The notes under the pieces: model-generated
Told to the model about the DNA's origin: nothing
The model's database searches: none
What the model saw: the letters and a program-made list of their open reading frames with translations, nothing else
Made by a program: the position numbers and the translations under genes
NCBI GenBank assembly: GCA_964432985.1
Contig: CAYSPT010000011.1
Coordinates: 21,257 to 85,256, forward strand
DNA length: 64,000 bases
Origin: an uncultured bacterium
GTDB taxonomy: Bacteria > Muiribacteriota > CAYSPT01
Reading direction: 5' to 3'
Shown: positions 43,052-50,662 of the stretch, one piece after another
Layout: each line of letters opens with the position of its first letter
How positions within the stretch are numbered: position 1 is the stretch's first letter

Positions 43052-43855
43052 ATGATTCTAGATTCGCTGATTTTATGTGCCGTTATCGTTGAATTAATGC
43101 TGTTCATCAAGATTGGGCGCCTGAGCACCCGGAATAGATTAGTGCGCTATTTCCTAATATCTATTGGTTTTTTCATCATACTGAGTTTTTTACTTCACCA
43201 GCTGAGACCAGGTTTTTTTCCAGGTTATTTAGTGATCTGGAAGGTCGAATATATCTTGTTACTATCGGTCATATCACTGCTTGCCGGGATGAGAAGCCAG
43301 GTAGTAAAGAGTTCTCGCGAAAGGCGGCTCTTCGCAATTATTTTTAGTCTTGGTCTCTTCCTGGCATCTTTTCCTTTTCTCCTCCGGCCGTTTATGAGAG
43401 TTTCCTGGAGGGATAGTGAGCCAAGCTTCGTAGATGGAGTGTGCCTTCAGCAAGCCAGTTACAGTTGTGGCGCTGCCAGTATCAGCACGGTTATGAAACA
43501 TCATGGGTACGAATTCTCTGAAGGTGAAGCTGTGATTGCCACCTGGACGGTTCCGCTTCTCGGAACCGAACCTGACATGCTGGCTTCGGGAATAGAGAGT
43601 CTGACACACGATGCCTTACAATCTTCTGTTCACCGCACTCCTTTTGCTGAGATCGCACGAGAAAGGTTACCCTGTATTGTCGCTCTATACTGGAGCGGAC
43701 TGGTAAGCCACTACGTCGTGCTGTTCCAGCTTACTCCGGAAACAGCGGTCATTGGCGATCCGTTGGTAGGATCTGTGGAATATCCGGTCTCCTGGTTTTC
43801 CGGCCACTACCGGGGCTACTTGATCAGTGTCTCACCGAAAGCAGCTCGAAAATAA
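43052..43855 (+). CDS. membrane protein with C39-like cysteine peptidase domain
   Basis: Four N-terminal TM segments. QQASYSCGAASISTVMKHHGY (Q...C) and GLVSHYVVLF (His) resemble the peptidase C39 catalytic motifs. Confidence 0.6.
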   Translation: MILDSLILCAVIVELMLFIKIGRLSTRNRLVRYFLISIGFFIILSFLLHQLRPGFFPGYLVIWKVEYILLLSVISLLAGMRSQVVKSSRERRLFAIIFSLGLFLASFPFLLRPFMRVSWRDSEPSFVDGVCLQQASYSCGAASISTVMKHHGYEFSEGEAVIATWTVPLLGTEPDMLASGIESLTHDALQSSVHRTPFAEIARERLPCIVALYWSGLVSHYVVLFQLTPETAVIGDPLVGSVEYPVSWFSGHYRGYLISVSPKAARK

Positions 43856-44146
43856 CTGCATAATTCCACGTAATCCGCTCACGACTTCCTCTGGCGGCGC
43901 AGTCCAAAAGTTTCGATAATCGTCCACCAGCACCAGGAGTATATGGACCTATGATTCTGGAACCGGCAGCACTAACTTTGAATTTGGTACAATGATTGGG
44001 GTAGGTCACGGTTGGCGCCTGTACAAATCATCGGAATCGTGCTCTGCATAACCGGTGCAGCCCTGTCAACCTATTTTAAAAAGGTTTGAGTGCGATAACA
44101 CCGTTTGAAAACTCGTTCATCAAACCGGAGAACAGAGGAGATAACA

Positions 44147-44920
44147 ATGAGCAGTACACCGAAACAATGGTACGAAGAGCTTTTTGAAAACTACGGGAAG
44201 CAATACGACCGGGAGTGCTTCACTCAAGGTACCGCAGGTGAGTGTGATTTCATCGAGCAGGAGGCTGCACATACCAGGAACATACGCATTCTCGATATCG
44301 GCTGTGGAACCGGCCGCCATGCAATTGAATTAACCCGGCGAGGATATACCAGTATAGTGGGCGTGGATCTTTCCGCATCGCAGATAGCGCACGCGAAAGT
44401 GAAAGCCGAAGCCGAGGGGTACACTATCGACTTCAAGATAGCCGACGCGCGTAATTTACCGTTTGATAGCGAGTTCGACCTCGTTATCATGCTCTGCGAA
44501 GGCGGATTCTCGTTAATGGAAACCGACGAAATGAACTTTGAAATTCTTCGTAATGCAAAAAAGGCGCTGGTTGAAGGCGGTAAGCTGATCTTCACCACGC
44601 TCAACGGTTTATTCCCTCTGTTTAACGCCGTTCAAGAGTTCCTCAACAGCGGAAACAAAGAGGGTAATGCGTTTATTAAAAACCTGCAATTCGATCTCAT
44701 GACGTTTCGTGAAACGAGCGAATTGACTGCGGTGGACGACGACGGAAACGAGAAAACACTGCTTACCAACGAACGTTATTATATGCCGGCGGAAATCACC
44801 TGGCTGCTCACAACCCTGGGGTTCAAGAAAATCACAATCCGTGGCGCCCGCCTCGGTGAGTTCTCTCGCGAACATTCGTTGACGGTGAAGGACTTTGAGA
44901 TGCTGGTGATTGCAGAGTAA
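44147..44920 (+). CDS. class I SAM-dependent methyltransferase
   Basis: Motif I ILDIGCGTGRHA, post-I VGVDLS and motif II DLVIMLCEG. GGAG lies 7 nt upstream of ATG 44147 (the ORF track starts at 44105). Confidence 0.8.
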   Translation: MSSTPKQWYEELFENYGKQYDRECFTQGTAGECDFIEQEAAHTRNIRILDIGCGTGRHAIELTRRGYTSIVGVDLSASQIAHAKVKAEAEGYTIDFKIADARNLPFDSEFDLVIMLCEGGFSLMETDEMNFEILRNAKKALVEGGKLIFTTLNGLFPLFNAVQEFLNSGNKEGNAFIKNLQFDLMTFRETSELTAVDDDGNEKTLLTNERYYMPAEITWLLTTLGFKKITIRGARLGEFSREHSLTVKDFEMLVIAE

Positions 44921-44935
44921 GGACGGAGCAGGAGC

Positions 44936-45196
44936 ATGACTGACCCAGCCAAGAATTCATTCCTACGCAAAGACGACGGTTCGGTATTTCGGCTTGAAAC
45001 AGGCCAATCCGCTTCAGCCCGTATCCGTTCGGAGCACGGAATCCAGAGCAATATTGTTATAGGCGAAGCCGCTGGTAACACCGGCAGCACTCCTCCCGGA
45101 AGCGGTGAGGCTGACGACGGCAAAACACTGACAGCCGCCAATGGCGACCGAGTCACGCTCTACTATTTAAAAACCGCCCTCACACCAAGCCAATGA
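44936..45196 (+). CDS. small hypothetical protein
   Basis: 86-aa ORF starting 16 nt after the methyltransferase stop. No recognisable motif. Competes with an antisense ORF. Confidence 0.3.
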   Translation: MTDPAKNSFLRKDDGSVFRLETGQSASARIRSEHGIQSNIVIGEAAGNTGSTPPGSGEADDGKTLTAANGDRVTLYYLKTALTPSQ

Positions 45197-45632
45197 GCCA
45201 TTTGGGCTGGACCAGGCAATAACTGCTCTGGGAGTTGAAATAATACTCGCCTCCCCGTCCCAGGAAAGTGGGGTCCGTTTTAAGAATGTATCTCCACTCA
45301 GGCGCAGCAGGTTCGATCAGGCTGCGCAGCCGGGAGATGTTCGTCTTGACGGTGCGGAAATCGATAAAGGTGTCGTAATCCGCCAGCCAGACCGCCTCAA
45401 ACAGCTCACCCGCAGTGTAGCGCCGCCCGGCGTGGGTGATTAAGAAGCAGAGCAGCTTTCCCAGAACACGCTTGCGGAATAGGCTGATCTCGCCCAGCTT
45501 CTCCTCCCGGACCAGGCGGGTTTCCAGGTCAAGCCAGAGAGAAAAGTCGCGGCAACTGCCCCGCAAGGATTCAACCTCCTTACGGGACAGCTCCTGACGA
45601 CCTCCATGGGTGTACAGGAAGTAATCACTCAT
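45180..45632 (-). CDS. OmpR/PhoB-type winged-helix transcriptional regulator lacking a receiver domain
   Basis: LLCFLITHAGRRYTAGELFEAVWLADYDTFIDFRTVKTNISRLRSLIE matches the Trans_reg_C pattern (…l..L……v.sr..L...vW…….rtvdv.I.rLR.K…). Only 150 aa, with no Asp-pocket receiver. Confidence 0.65.
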   Translation of the reverse strand: MSDYFLYTHGGRQELSRKEVESLRGSCRDFSLWLDLETRLVREEKLGEISLFRKRVLGKLLCFLITHAGRRYTAGELFEAVWLADYDTFIDFRTVKTNISRLRSLIEPAAPEWRYILKTDPTFLGRGGEYYFNSQSSYCLVQPKWLIGLV

Positions 45633-45636
45633 GCGC

Positions 45637-45990
45637 TCAGATCACCTGGCCGGGCTGGTTGAACAACAACTCCTTATCCATCACCTTGGCAATGCGCAGC
45701 AGGCAGTAATCGAGGGTGCCGTCCTGCTCGCCAGCCCGGAACATCAGCTGAACAAAAGGAGAAGAGAAAAATGCATCGTTCTCATCCGTCAGACTCTTGC
45801 CCTGCTGGATGTTCTCCAGCATCTTTCCAATAGCCTCGGTGACCAGGACTGCACCGCGCGGCGGGGAAAAATCCTCCCGTAAAGCCTCCAGGCTGACCTG
45901 AATGGGAATGCCCGAGTGCAGCATCTGGCCAAACTTCTCACAAAATAGTGACATCAGAGACATGTGTAAGCGATCCATAATAACCTCCAA
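45637..45990 (-). CDS. stand-alone T2SS-F (GspF/PilC cytoplasmic) -like domain protein
   Basis: LHSGIPIQVSLEAL...LENIQQGKSLTD...FVQLMFRAGEQDGTLDYCLLRIA resembles the T2SSF domain pattern (l.sG.pl..aL..l...v..G.sls.al...fp..v..mi..GE.sG.L...l). Only 4 nt separate it from the regulator gene. Confidence 0.5.
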   Translation of the reverse strand: MEVIMDRLHMSLMSLFCEKFGQMLHSGIPIQVSLEALREDFSPPRGAVLVTEAIGKMLENIQQGKSLTDENDAFFSSPFVQLMFRAGEQDGTLDYCLLRIAKVMDKELLFNQPGQVI

Positions 45991-46080
45991 ATGAGTTTTT
46001 CGAAAGACGTCTTCCTGTACCTAAGGATAACAGATTCCGGTGCTGTTTCAAGTTACAACAAGGTTACAATTAGGTTACAG
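45873..46080. repeat. 208-bp direct repeat, copy A (5' end plus upstream region of 45637..45990)
   Basis: Aligns without indels to 53413-53620 at a constant offset of 7540 nt, roughly 90% identity by eye. Confidence 0.9.
46052..46079. promoter_or_regulatory. three GTTACA direct repeats at exact 11-bp phasing (candidate operator)
   Basis: GTTACA at 46052, 46063 and 46074, which is 62-89 nt upstream of the 45990 start on the minus strand. Duplicated at 53592, 53603 and 53614. Confidence 0.5.
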
Positions 46081-46380
46081 AGTAAGGAGGGTGGTACTCT
46101 ACACAGTAGTACACCATGATCTGCAGTGGCTTCATAGGATGGAACATGAGAAGACAGTAATTCTAGCCATTTTCCATTAAATGTCAATACTTTTGCAAAG
46201 CTATTGGGGTACTCAAAGGATATTAATATTCAGAAGAGTACGAAAATTCGAAGAAATAGAACACCTTCTAGATTTGATACCTGAGCGATCATGAATAGAT
46301 ATCAGATCATCGGGTATAATTGTTCTACCATAAACAGGAAGATATATTTCATCGCCGCTGTTTGTGAAAGTTGACAGAAT

Positions 46381-47409
46381 ATGAATGTTTCAAGTTTATT
46401 CAGGTACCCTTTGAATTATGTCCGGCACGGAGTTTTCGGGGACAAGATATGGTTGGACGCATCGAATGTCTGCCAGTTGAAGTGCCAGTTGTGTCCCACC
46501 GGACAAGAAGAGAGTACCGCCAGTACGGTAGGATCCGGTTTGCTGGGCTTCGACAACTTCAAGACAATTGTTGATGGCAACCCATGGATTAGAACCATAG
46601 AACTTTCTAACTGGGGTGAAATATTCCTTAATCCGGAGCTGGCACCGATCGTGCGCTATGCCTGCGAAAAGAAGGTGGGCCTGCGGGCGGGCAACGGTGT
46701 GAACCTCAACTCGGCGGAGGATGAAATGCTCGAGTGTCTGGTCAAATACCGGTTCAGGTTTCTTTCCGTTTCACTGGACGGCGCCAGTCAGGAAACATAT
46801 TCGCTGTACCGGATTAATGGTCATTTCCATCGGGCCCTCGATAACATAAAGAAGATCAACGACTACAAAAAAAAGTATCGGTCTGAATTCCCGAAGCTTC
46901 GTTGGCAGTTCATCGTTTTCGGTCACAACGAGCATGAGATTCCGGCGGCACGAGAAATGGCCCGGGACCTGGGCATGCATTTCAAACTGAAACTGAACTG
47001 GGATTCGACGTTCTCACCGGTCAGGAATAAAGAACTCGTAAAAAAAGAGTTAGGGTTTGATGCCTCCTCCCGGGAAGCCTTCAAAGAGCGGTATGGCGTC
47101 GAGCACATCCTTCCCTGCCTGCAGCTCTGGTTCGAACCGACCATCAACTGGAATGGTAAACTCCTGGGCTGTTGTGACAACTGGTGGGGGGATTTCGGCA
47201 ACGTCTTCGAACAGGGTTTGACGGAAACGTTGAAAGGCAATCGATTCACTTACGCCAGGCAGATGCTCATGGGGAAAAATCCCGAACGGAACGATATGCC
47301 CTGCGTCCGGTGCCGTTACTTCCATAGCATCAAGCGCTCAGGTAAGCCGATACGGTTTCTCCTCAAGCACATTGTGGTTCGAATAAAAGACAAAATAGTC
47401 AACTATTGA
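46381..47409 (+). CDS. radical SAM enzyme with SPASM/twitch-like C-terminal Cys-rich domain
   Basis: CQLKCQLCPTG is a CxxxCxxC motif. C-terminal CLQLWFEPTINWNGKLLGCCDNWWGDFGNVF...MPCVRCRYF has the SPASM-like Cys pattern. Confidence 0.75.
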   Translation: MNVSSLFRYPLNYVRHGVFGDKIWLDASNVCQLKCQLCPTGQEESTASTVGSGLLGFDNFKTIVDGNPWIRTIELSNWGEIFLNPELAPIVRYACEKKVGLRAGNGVNLNSAEDEMLECLVKYRFRFLSVSLDGASQETYSLYRINGHFHRALDNIKKINDYKKKYRSEFPKLRWQFIVFGHNEHEIPAAREMARDLGMHFKLKLNWDSTFSPVRNKELVKKELGFDASSREAFKERYGVEHILPCLQLWFEPTINWNGKLLGCCDNWWGDFGNVFEQGLTETLKGNRFTYARQMLMGKNPERNDMPCVRCRYFHSIKRSGKPIRFLLKHIVVRIKDKIVNY

Positions 47410-47470
47410 TTCAACTATATGAATCTGACAAAACAAAAGTCCTCTACGCAGGGTGGATGAGGAAATGAGG

Positions 47471-47490
47471 CCCTAAGCGACTGGATTTGA
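47471..47490 (+). repeat. 20-nt recurring motif, copy 1 (ccctaagcgactggatttga)
   Basis: Matches 53736-53755 and 63666-63685 (cctatgcgactggatttga) with one or two mismatches. Confidence 0.7.
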
Positions 47491-47768
47491 CATAATTTTA
47501 AAAATAAAATATACTATCTATTCCAACAAAAAGCTTATTAATTAAGAATCTTATCCTTAATAAGCAAACGTTTATTTTAAGCAAAAATAATTAATTGCAA
47601 ATGTACTACTTATAACTAGCTTACAAGGTATATTCTGGTTTTTTATAAATCTACCGTTTTAAACAACGTTTTATCACTTATAAGCTTATTTTAAAAGGAA
47701 ATTTTGATAATTCATATTTAAACATTGTTTTTCAAATATAGAACGCATTCCTGGAAAGGGTTTTTATC
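47491..47768 (+). promoter_or_regulatory. ~280-bp extremely AT-rich leader/promoter region upstream of kamA
   Basis: Visibly AT-dominated in an otherwise GC-rich window. Contains the inverted repeat cttattaa-N15-ttaataag and a repeated 'aagcttatt' word. Confidence 0.5.
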
Positions 47769-49076
47769 ATGACTTCATCGCAGGCTCGGAAAATCGCCGA
47801 GCGGATTCAATCAGATGTCAGCGTATCCCACTGGCGGAATTGGCGCTGGCAGTTGAAGCATACCATCCAAAAGGTATCGTCGGTGGAACGGCTCCTGAAG
47901 ATCACCTTCAAGGCCAAGGAGCGGGCCTTGCTCGAACAAACAATCAAGAAATTTCCCCTGGCGGTAACGCCGTACTACCTCTCGCTGATCGACCGGGATG
48001 ATTTTCGCAACGATCCGATCTTCAAGCAGGCTATTCCAAACCATCACGAACTGGTCATCGAGCACAGCGACATGAAAGACCCGCTGGCGGAGGACGCGGA
48101 CAGCCCCGTACCGGGCATTACTCACCGGTATCCCGACCGGGTGCTGTTTCTGATCAGCAACATCTGCTCCATGTACTGCCGGCACTGCACCCGCAAGCGG
48201 AAAGTCGGTGACGTTGATTTCATACCCGACCGTGAGGTGATCATGCAGGGAATCGAGTACATACGAAAGACGCCGGTGATCCGGGATGTTCTGCTGTCCG
48301 GTGGCGATCCGCTCATGCTTACCGACGATTACCTGGACTGGATTTTAACCGAGTTGCATTCCATCGACCACGTGGAAGTGATACGTATCGGCACCCGCAT
48401 GCCCGTGGTCCTCCCGTACCGTGTCACGGACGATCTGGTGGCCGTGCTCAAGAAGCATCACCCGCTGTGGATCAATACCCAGTTCAACCATCCGCGGGAG
48501 CTGACCCGCTCGTCCCGGGAAGCTTTGCGCAAACTGGCCGATGCCGGTCTCCCGCTGGGCAACCAGTCGGTCTTGCTGGCCGGGATAAACGACTGTCCCC
48601 GCATCATCAAGAAGCTGGTTCACAAGCTGGTACAGAACCGGGTGCGGCCGTATTACATGTACCAATGCGACCTGGCGGAAGGGCTGACCCACTTTCGCAC
48701 TCCGGTGGGTAAAGGCCTGGATATCATCGAGGGCCTCATCGGGCACACCAGCGGTTTCGCGGTCCCCACGTATGTGGTGGATGCTCCCGAGGGCGGCGGC
48801 AAGATCCCCATCATGCCCAACTACATCATCTCCTGGTCCACCAACCGGGTGGTATTGCGCAATTACGAGGGGGTCATCACCACCTATCGGGAACCCGACT
48901 CCTACGAGCCGATCTTCTGCGACCGGAACTGTACGGATTGCGATCTTCAGCTCAAACTGGACGACGCCGAGGAGATCGAGGCTACGGGGATCGAAAAGCT
49001 CCTGTGGGATTGGGACAAAACCACGTCACTCGTGCCCGAAGACACCGATCGTATTGTCCGCCGGGACGAGGAATGA
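47769..49076 (+). CDS. kamA: lysine 2,3-aminomutase (radical SAM, PLP-dependent)
   Basis: [12 protein letters not shown] cluster motif, LLSGGDPL, and [20 protein letters not shown] with the PLP lysine. C-terminal Cys cluster CDRNCTDC. 435 aa. Confidence 0.9.
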   Translation: MTSSQARKIAERIQSDVSVSHWRNWRWQLKHTIQKVSSVERLLKITFKAKERALLEQTIKKFPLAVTPYYLSLIDRDDFRNDPIFKQAIPNHHELVIEHSDMKDPLAEDADSPVPGITHRYPDRVLFLISNICSMYCRHCTRKRKVGDVDFIPDREVIMQGIEYIRKTPVIRDVLLSGGDPLMLTDDYLDWILTELHSIDHVEVIRIGTRMPVVLPYRVTDDLVAVLKKHHPLWINTQFNHPRELTRSSREALRKLADAGLPLGNQSVLLAGINDCPRIIKKLVHKLVQNRVRPYYMYQCDLAEGLTHFRTPVGKGLDIIEGLIGHTSGFAVPTYVVDAPEGGGKIPIMPNYIISWSTNRVVLRNYEGVITTYREPDSYEPIFCDRNCTDCDLQLKLDDAEEIEATGIEKLLWDWDKTTSLVPEDTDRIVRRDEE

Positions 49077-49143
49077 TCCGCCCGTAAGCGCAGTTGCTGT
49101 CCAAATGGTGATTCCCATTGCTTGTATCCAGGAAGGGAGAACA

Positions 49144-50067
49144 ATGACTAATCTTGCCTCATTCATGAAGGTGATCCCCGTAACCGACAACCCGGAAGTG
49201 AAGGCCGTTTACGCCTGTGATTTTCCGGCTAGCGGTGGAGAAAACGGTTCGGCGGTGTTTGATATTTATAATCGGCGTCTGAAGCTCTACACTATCGCGC
49301 CGGCGGATTACGTGCGATGCCTGACCGGCAGGGAGGCTGGCCGGCCGGTCGATCTCCCGCCGGATATTACCAAGGTTACGGTATACGCCCGGCCAGGTGA
49401 CGGGTGGCGCCGGCATGGTTTCGAGCGCGAAGCGATCATCAGGGGCTTCTTCGCCGATGGGACCGATGCCTGGCTCTGGGCCCTGTACACCGATTTAGAA
49501 CGCGGCCGCGACCAGCGTGAAGAAGAGCATATGATAATCACTAAAATCGCCAGCGCAAAGGCACCGGCCACTCCCGAACTAAATACCGTCGAGTACACCT
49601 GCTGCCGCGCCGTGGCCGGTGACGCCGGCGAAATCGCCGCGCTGCTGCTGGAGATCTTCCCGGATTATCCCAGCCCGCTGACAGAGGAGTACATCCGGAA
49701 CCGCATCGAGAAAAAAATAAGCCATTTCCGTTTCATCCACAATAACGACGGGGCAATGGTCGCGGCGGCATCCGCGGAGATCGACCATTGCAATAAGAAC
49801 GCCGAAATGACCGACTGCGCCACCAGACCCTCGGCCAGGGGTCAGGGGCTCATGGCGTACCTGCTGTGGATGTTGGAGAACGACCTGCAGGAACTCTACA
49901 ACATTACCGACCTGTACACTATCGCCCGGGCTGACGAGGTGGGTATGAACTGCGTCTTCAGCAAGCTGGGTTATATATATGACGGCCGGCTGGTAAACAA
50001 CTGCCGTATGCCCAATGGCTGGGAGTCCATGAACGTCTGGTGCAGGCAAACCTCTCTGAACGGATGA
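49144..50067 (+). CDS. ablB: GNAT acetyltransferase, beta-lysine N6-acetyltransferase (AblB)-like
   Basis: Sits immediately downstream of kamA. GGAAGGGAG RBS before ATG 49144. C-terminal GNAT core TRPSARGQGLMAYLL. ~307 aa, a two-lobed size typical of AblB. The assignment rests on context plus recalled family features. Confidence 0.65.
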   Translation: MTNLASFMKVIPVTDNPEVKAVYACDFPASGGENGSAVFDIYNRRLKLYTIAPADYVRCLTGREAGRPVDLPPDITKVTVYARPGDGWRRHGFEREAIIRGFFADGTDAWLWALYTDLERGRDQREEEHMIITKIASAKAPATPELNTVEYTCCRAVAGDAGEIAALLLEIFPDYPSPLTEEYIRNRIEKKISHFRFIHNNDGAMVAAASAEIDHCNKNAEMTDCATRPSARGQGLMAYLLWMLENDLQELYNITDLYTIARADEVGMNCVFSKLGYIYDGRLVNNCRMPNGWESMNVWCRQTSLNG

Positions 50068-50073
50068 TACACA

Positions 50074-50628
50074 GTGAAAAACATCGCGCATGTTGATACT
50101 CGGGACGATGATTACTCTTCCCACCCGGCGCCGGCGGGCGAGGAAAATCCGGATGCCGTTTTAACTCTTCGTCAGGCGGTTCCGGGTACCGGTGACGTTG
50201 CCGACCTCCTGGCGAGTGAGCAGCAGGCCTTCGGTGATAAGAGCTTCACTATCTGGGCGGTTGAGCCGCTCTGCCGCCACGGCGCCGCGTACCTGTTCGA
50301 ATTCGATGGTAACGTCGTCGGGCACGCTCTGCTCATGAAGGAATGGACTAATCCCGCAAGCGTCTACCTGGCCAGCTTTGCCATTGACAGCCATTACCGC
50401 GGACGAGGTCTGGGCCGCCGTTCGCTCAGACTTTTGCTTGACGAACTTCGCGGGCAGGATATTGCTCTTGCAACTCTGACGGTCGACCCGGTCAACCAGT
50501 CTGCCTGCGGGTTATACCGCAGCGAGGGGTTTTATGTTAACAAGACGGTTTCCGACCAGTACGGGCCCGGTGAGGACCGGTACGTGATGGCGGTCTCGCT
50601 TTCAGCAGAAAAATGCATGGTAACCTGA
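50074..50628 (+). CDS. GNAT family N-acetyltransferase
   Basis: Motif A SHYRGRGLGRRSLRLLL and GFY near the C-terminus. The start codon is uncertain (GTG 50074). Confidence 0.7.
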   Translation: MKNIAHVDTRDDDYSSHPAPAGEENPDAVLTLRQAVPGTGDVADLLASEQQAFGDKSFTIWAVEPLCRHGAAYLFEFDGNVVGHALLMKEWTNPASVYLASFAIDSHYRGRGLGRRSLRLLLDELRGQDIALATLTVDPVNQSACGLYRSEGFYVNKTVSDQYGPGEDRYVMAVSLSAEKCMVT

Positions 50629-50662
50629 AAGGCACCTATGAAAATCCGTTAGGTGAAAGGAG

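Noticed and set aside
47410-47768. Lysine riboswitch (L-box) upstream of kamA
   Set aside because: The region is almost pure A/T and lacks the GC-containing conserved helices and loops of the L-box. I kept it only as an AT-rich promoter or leader.
48772-49143. ORF-track version of the ablB-like gene starting at 48772 (431 aa), overlapping kamA by 300 nt
   Set aside because: The N-terminal 124 aa are an out-of-frame read of the kamA 3' end (Pro/Ser/Arg-rich). A strong RBS (GGAAGGGAG) precedes the ATG at 49144.
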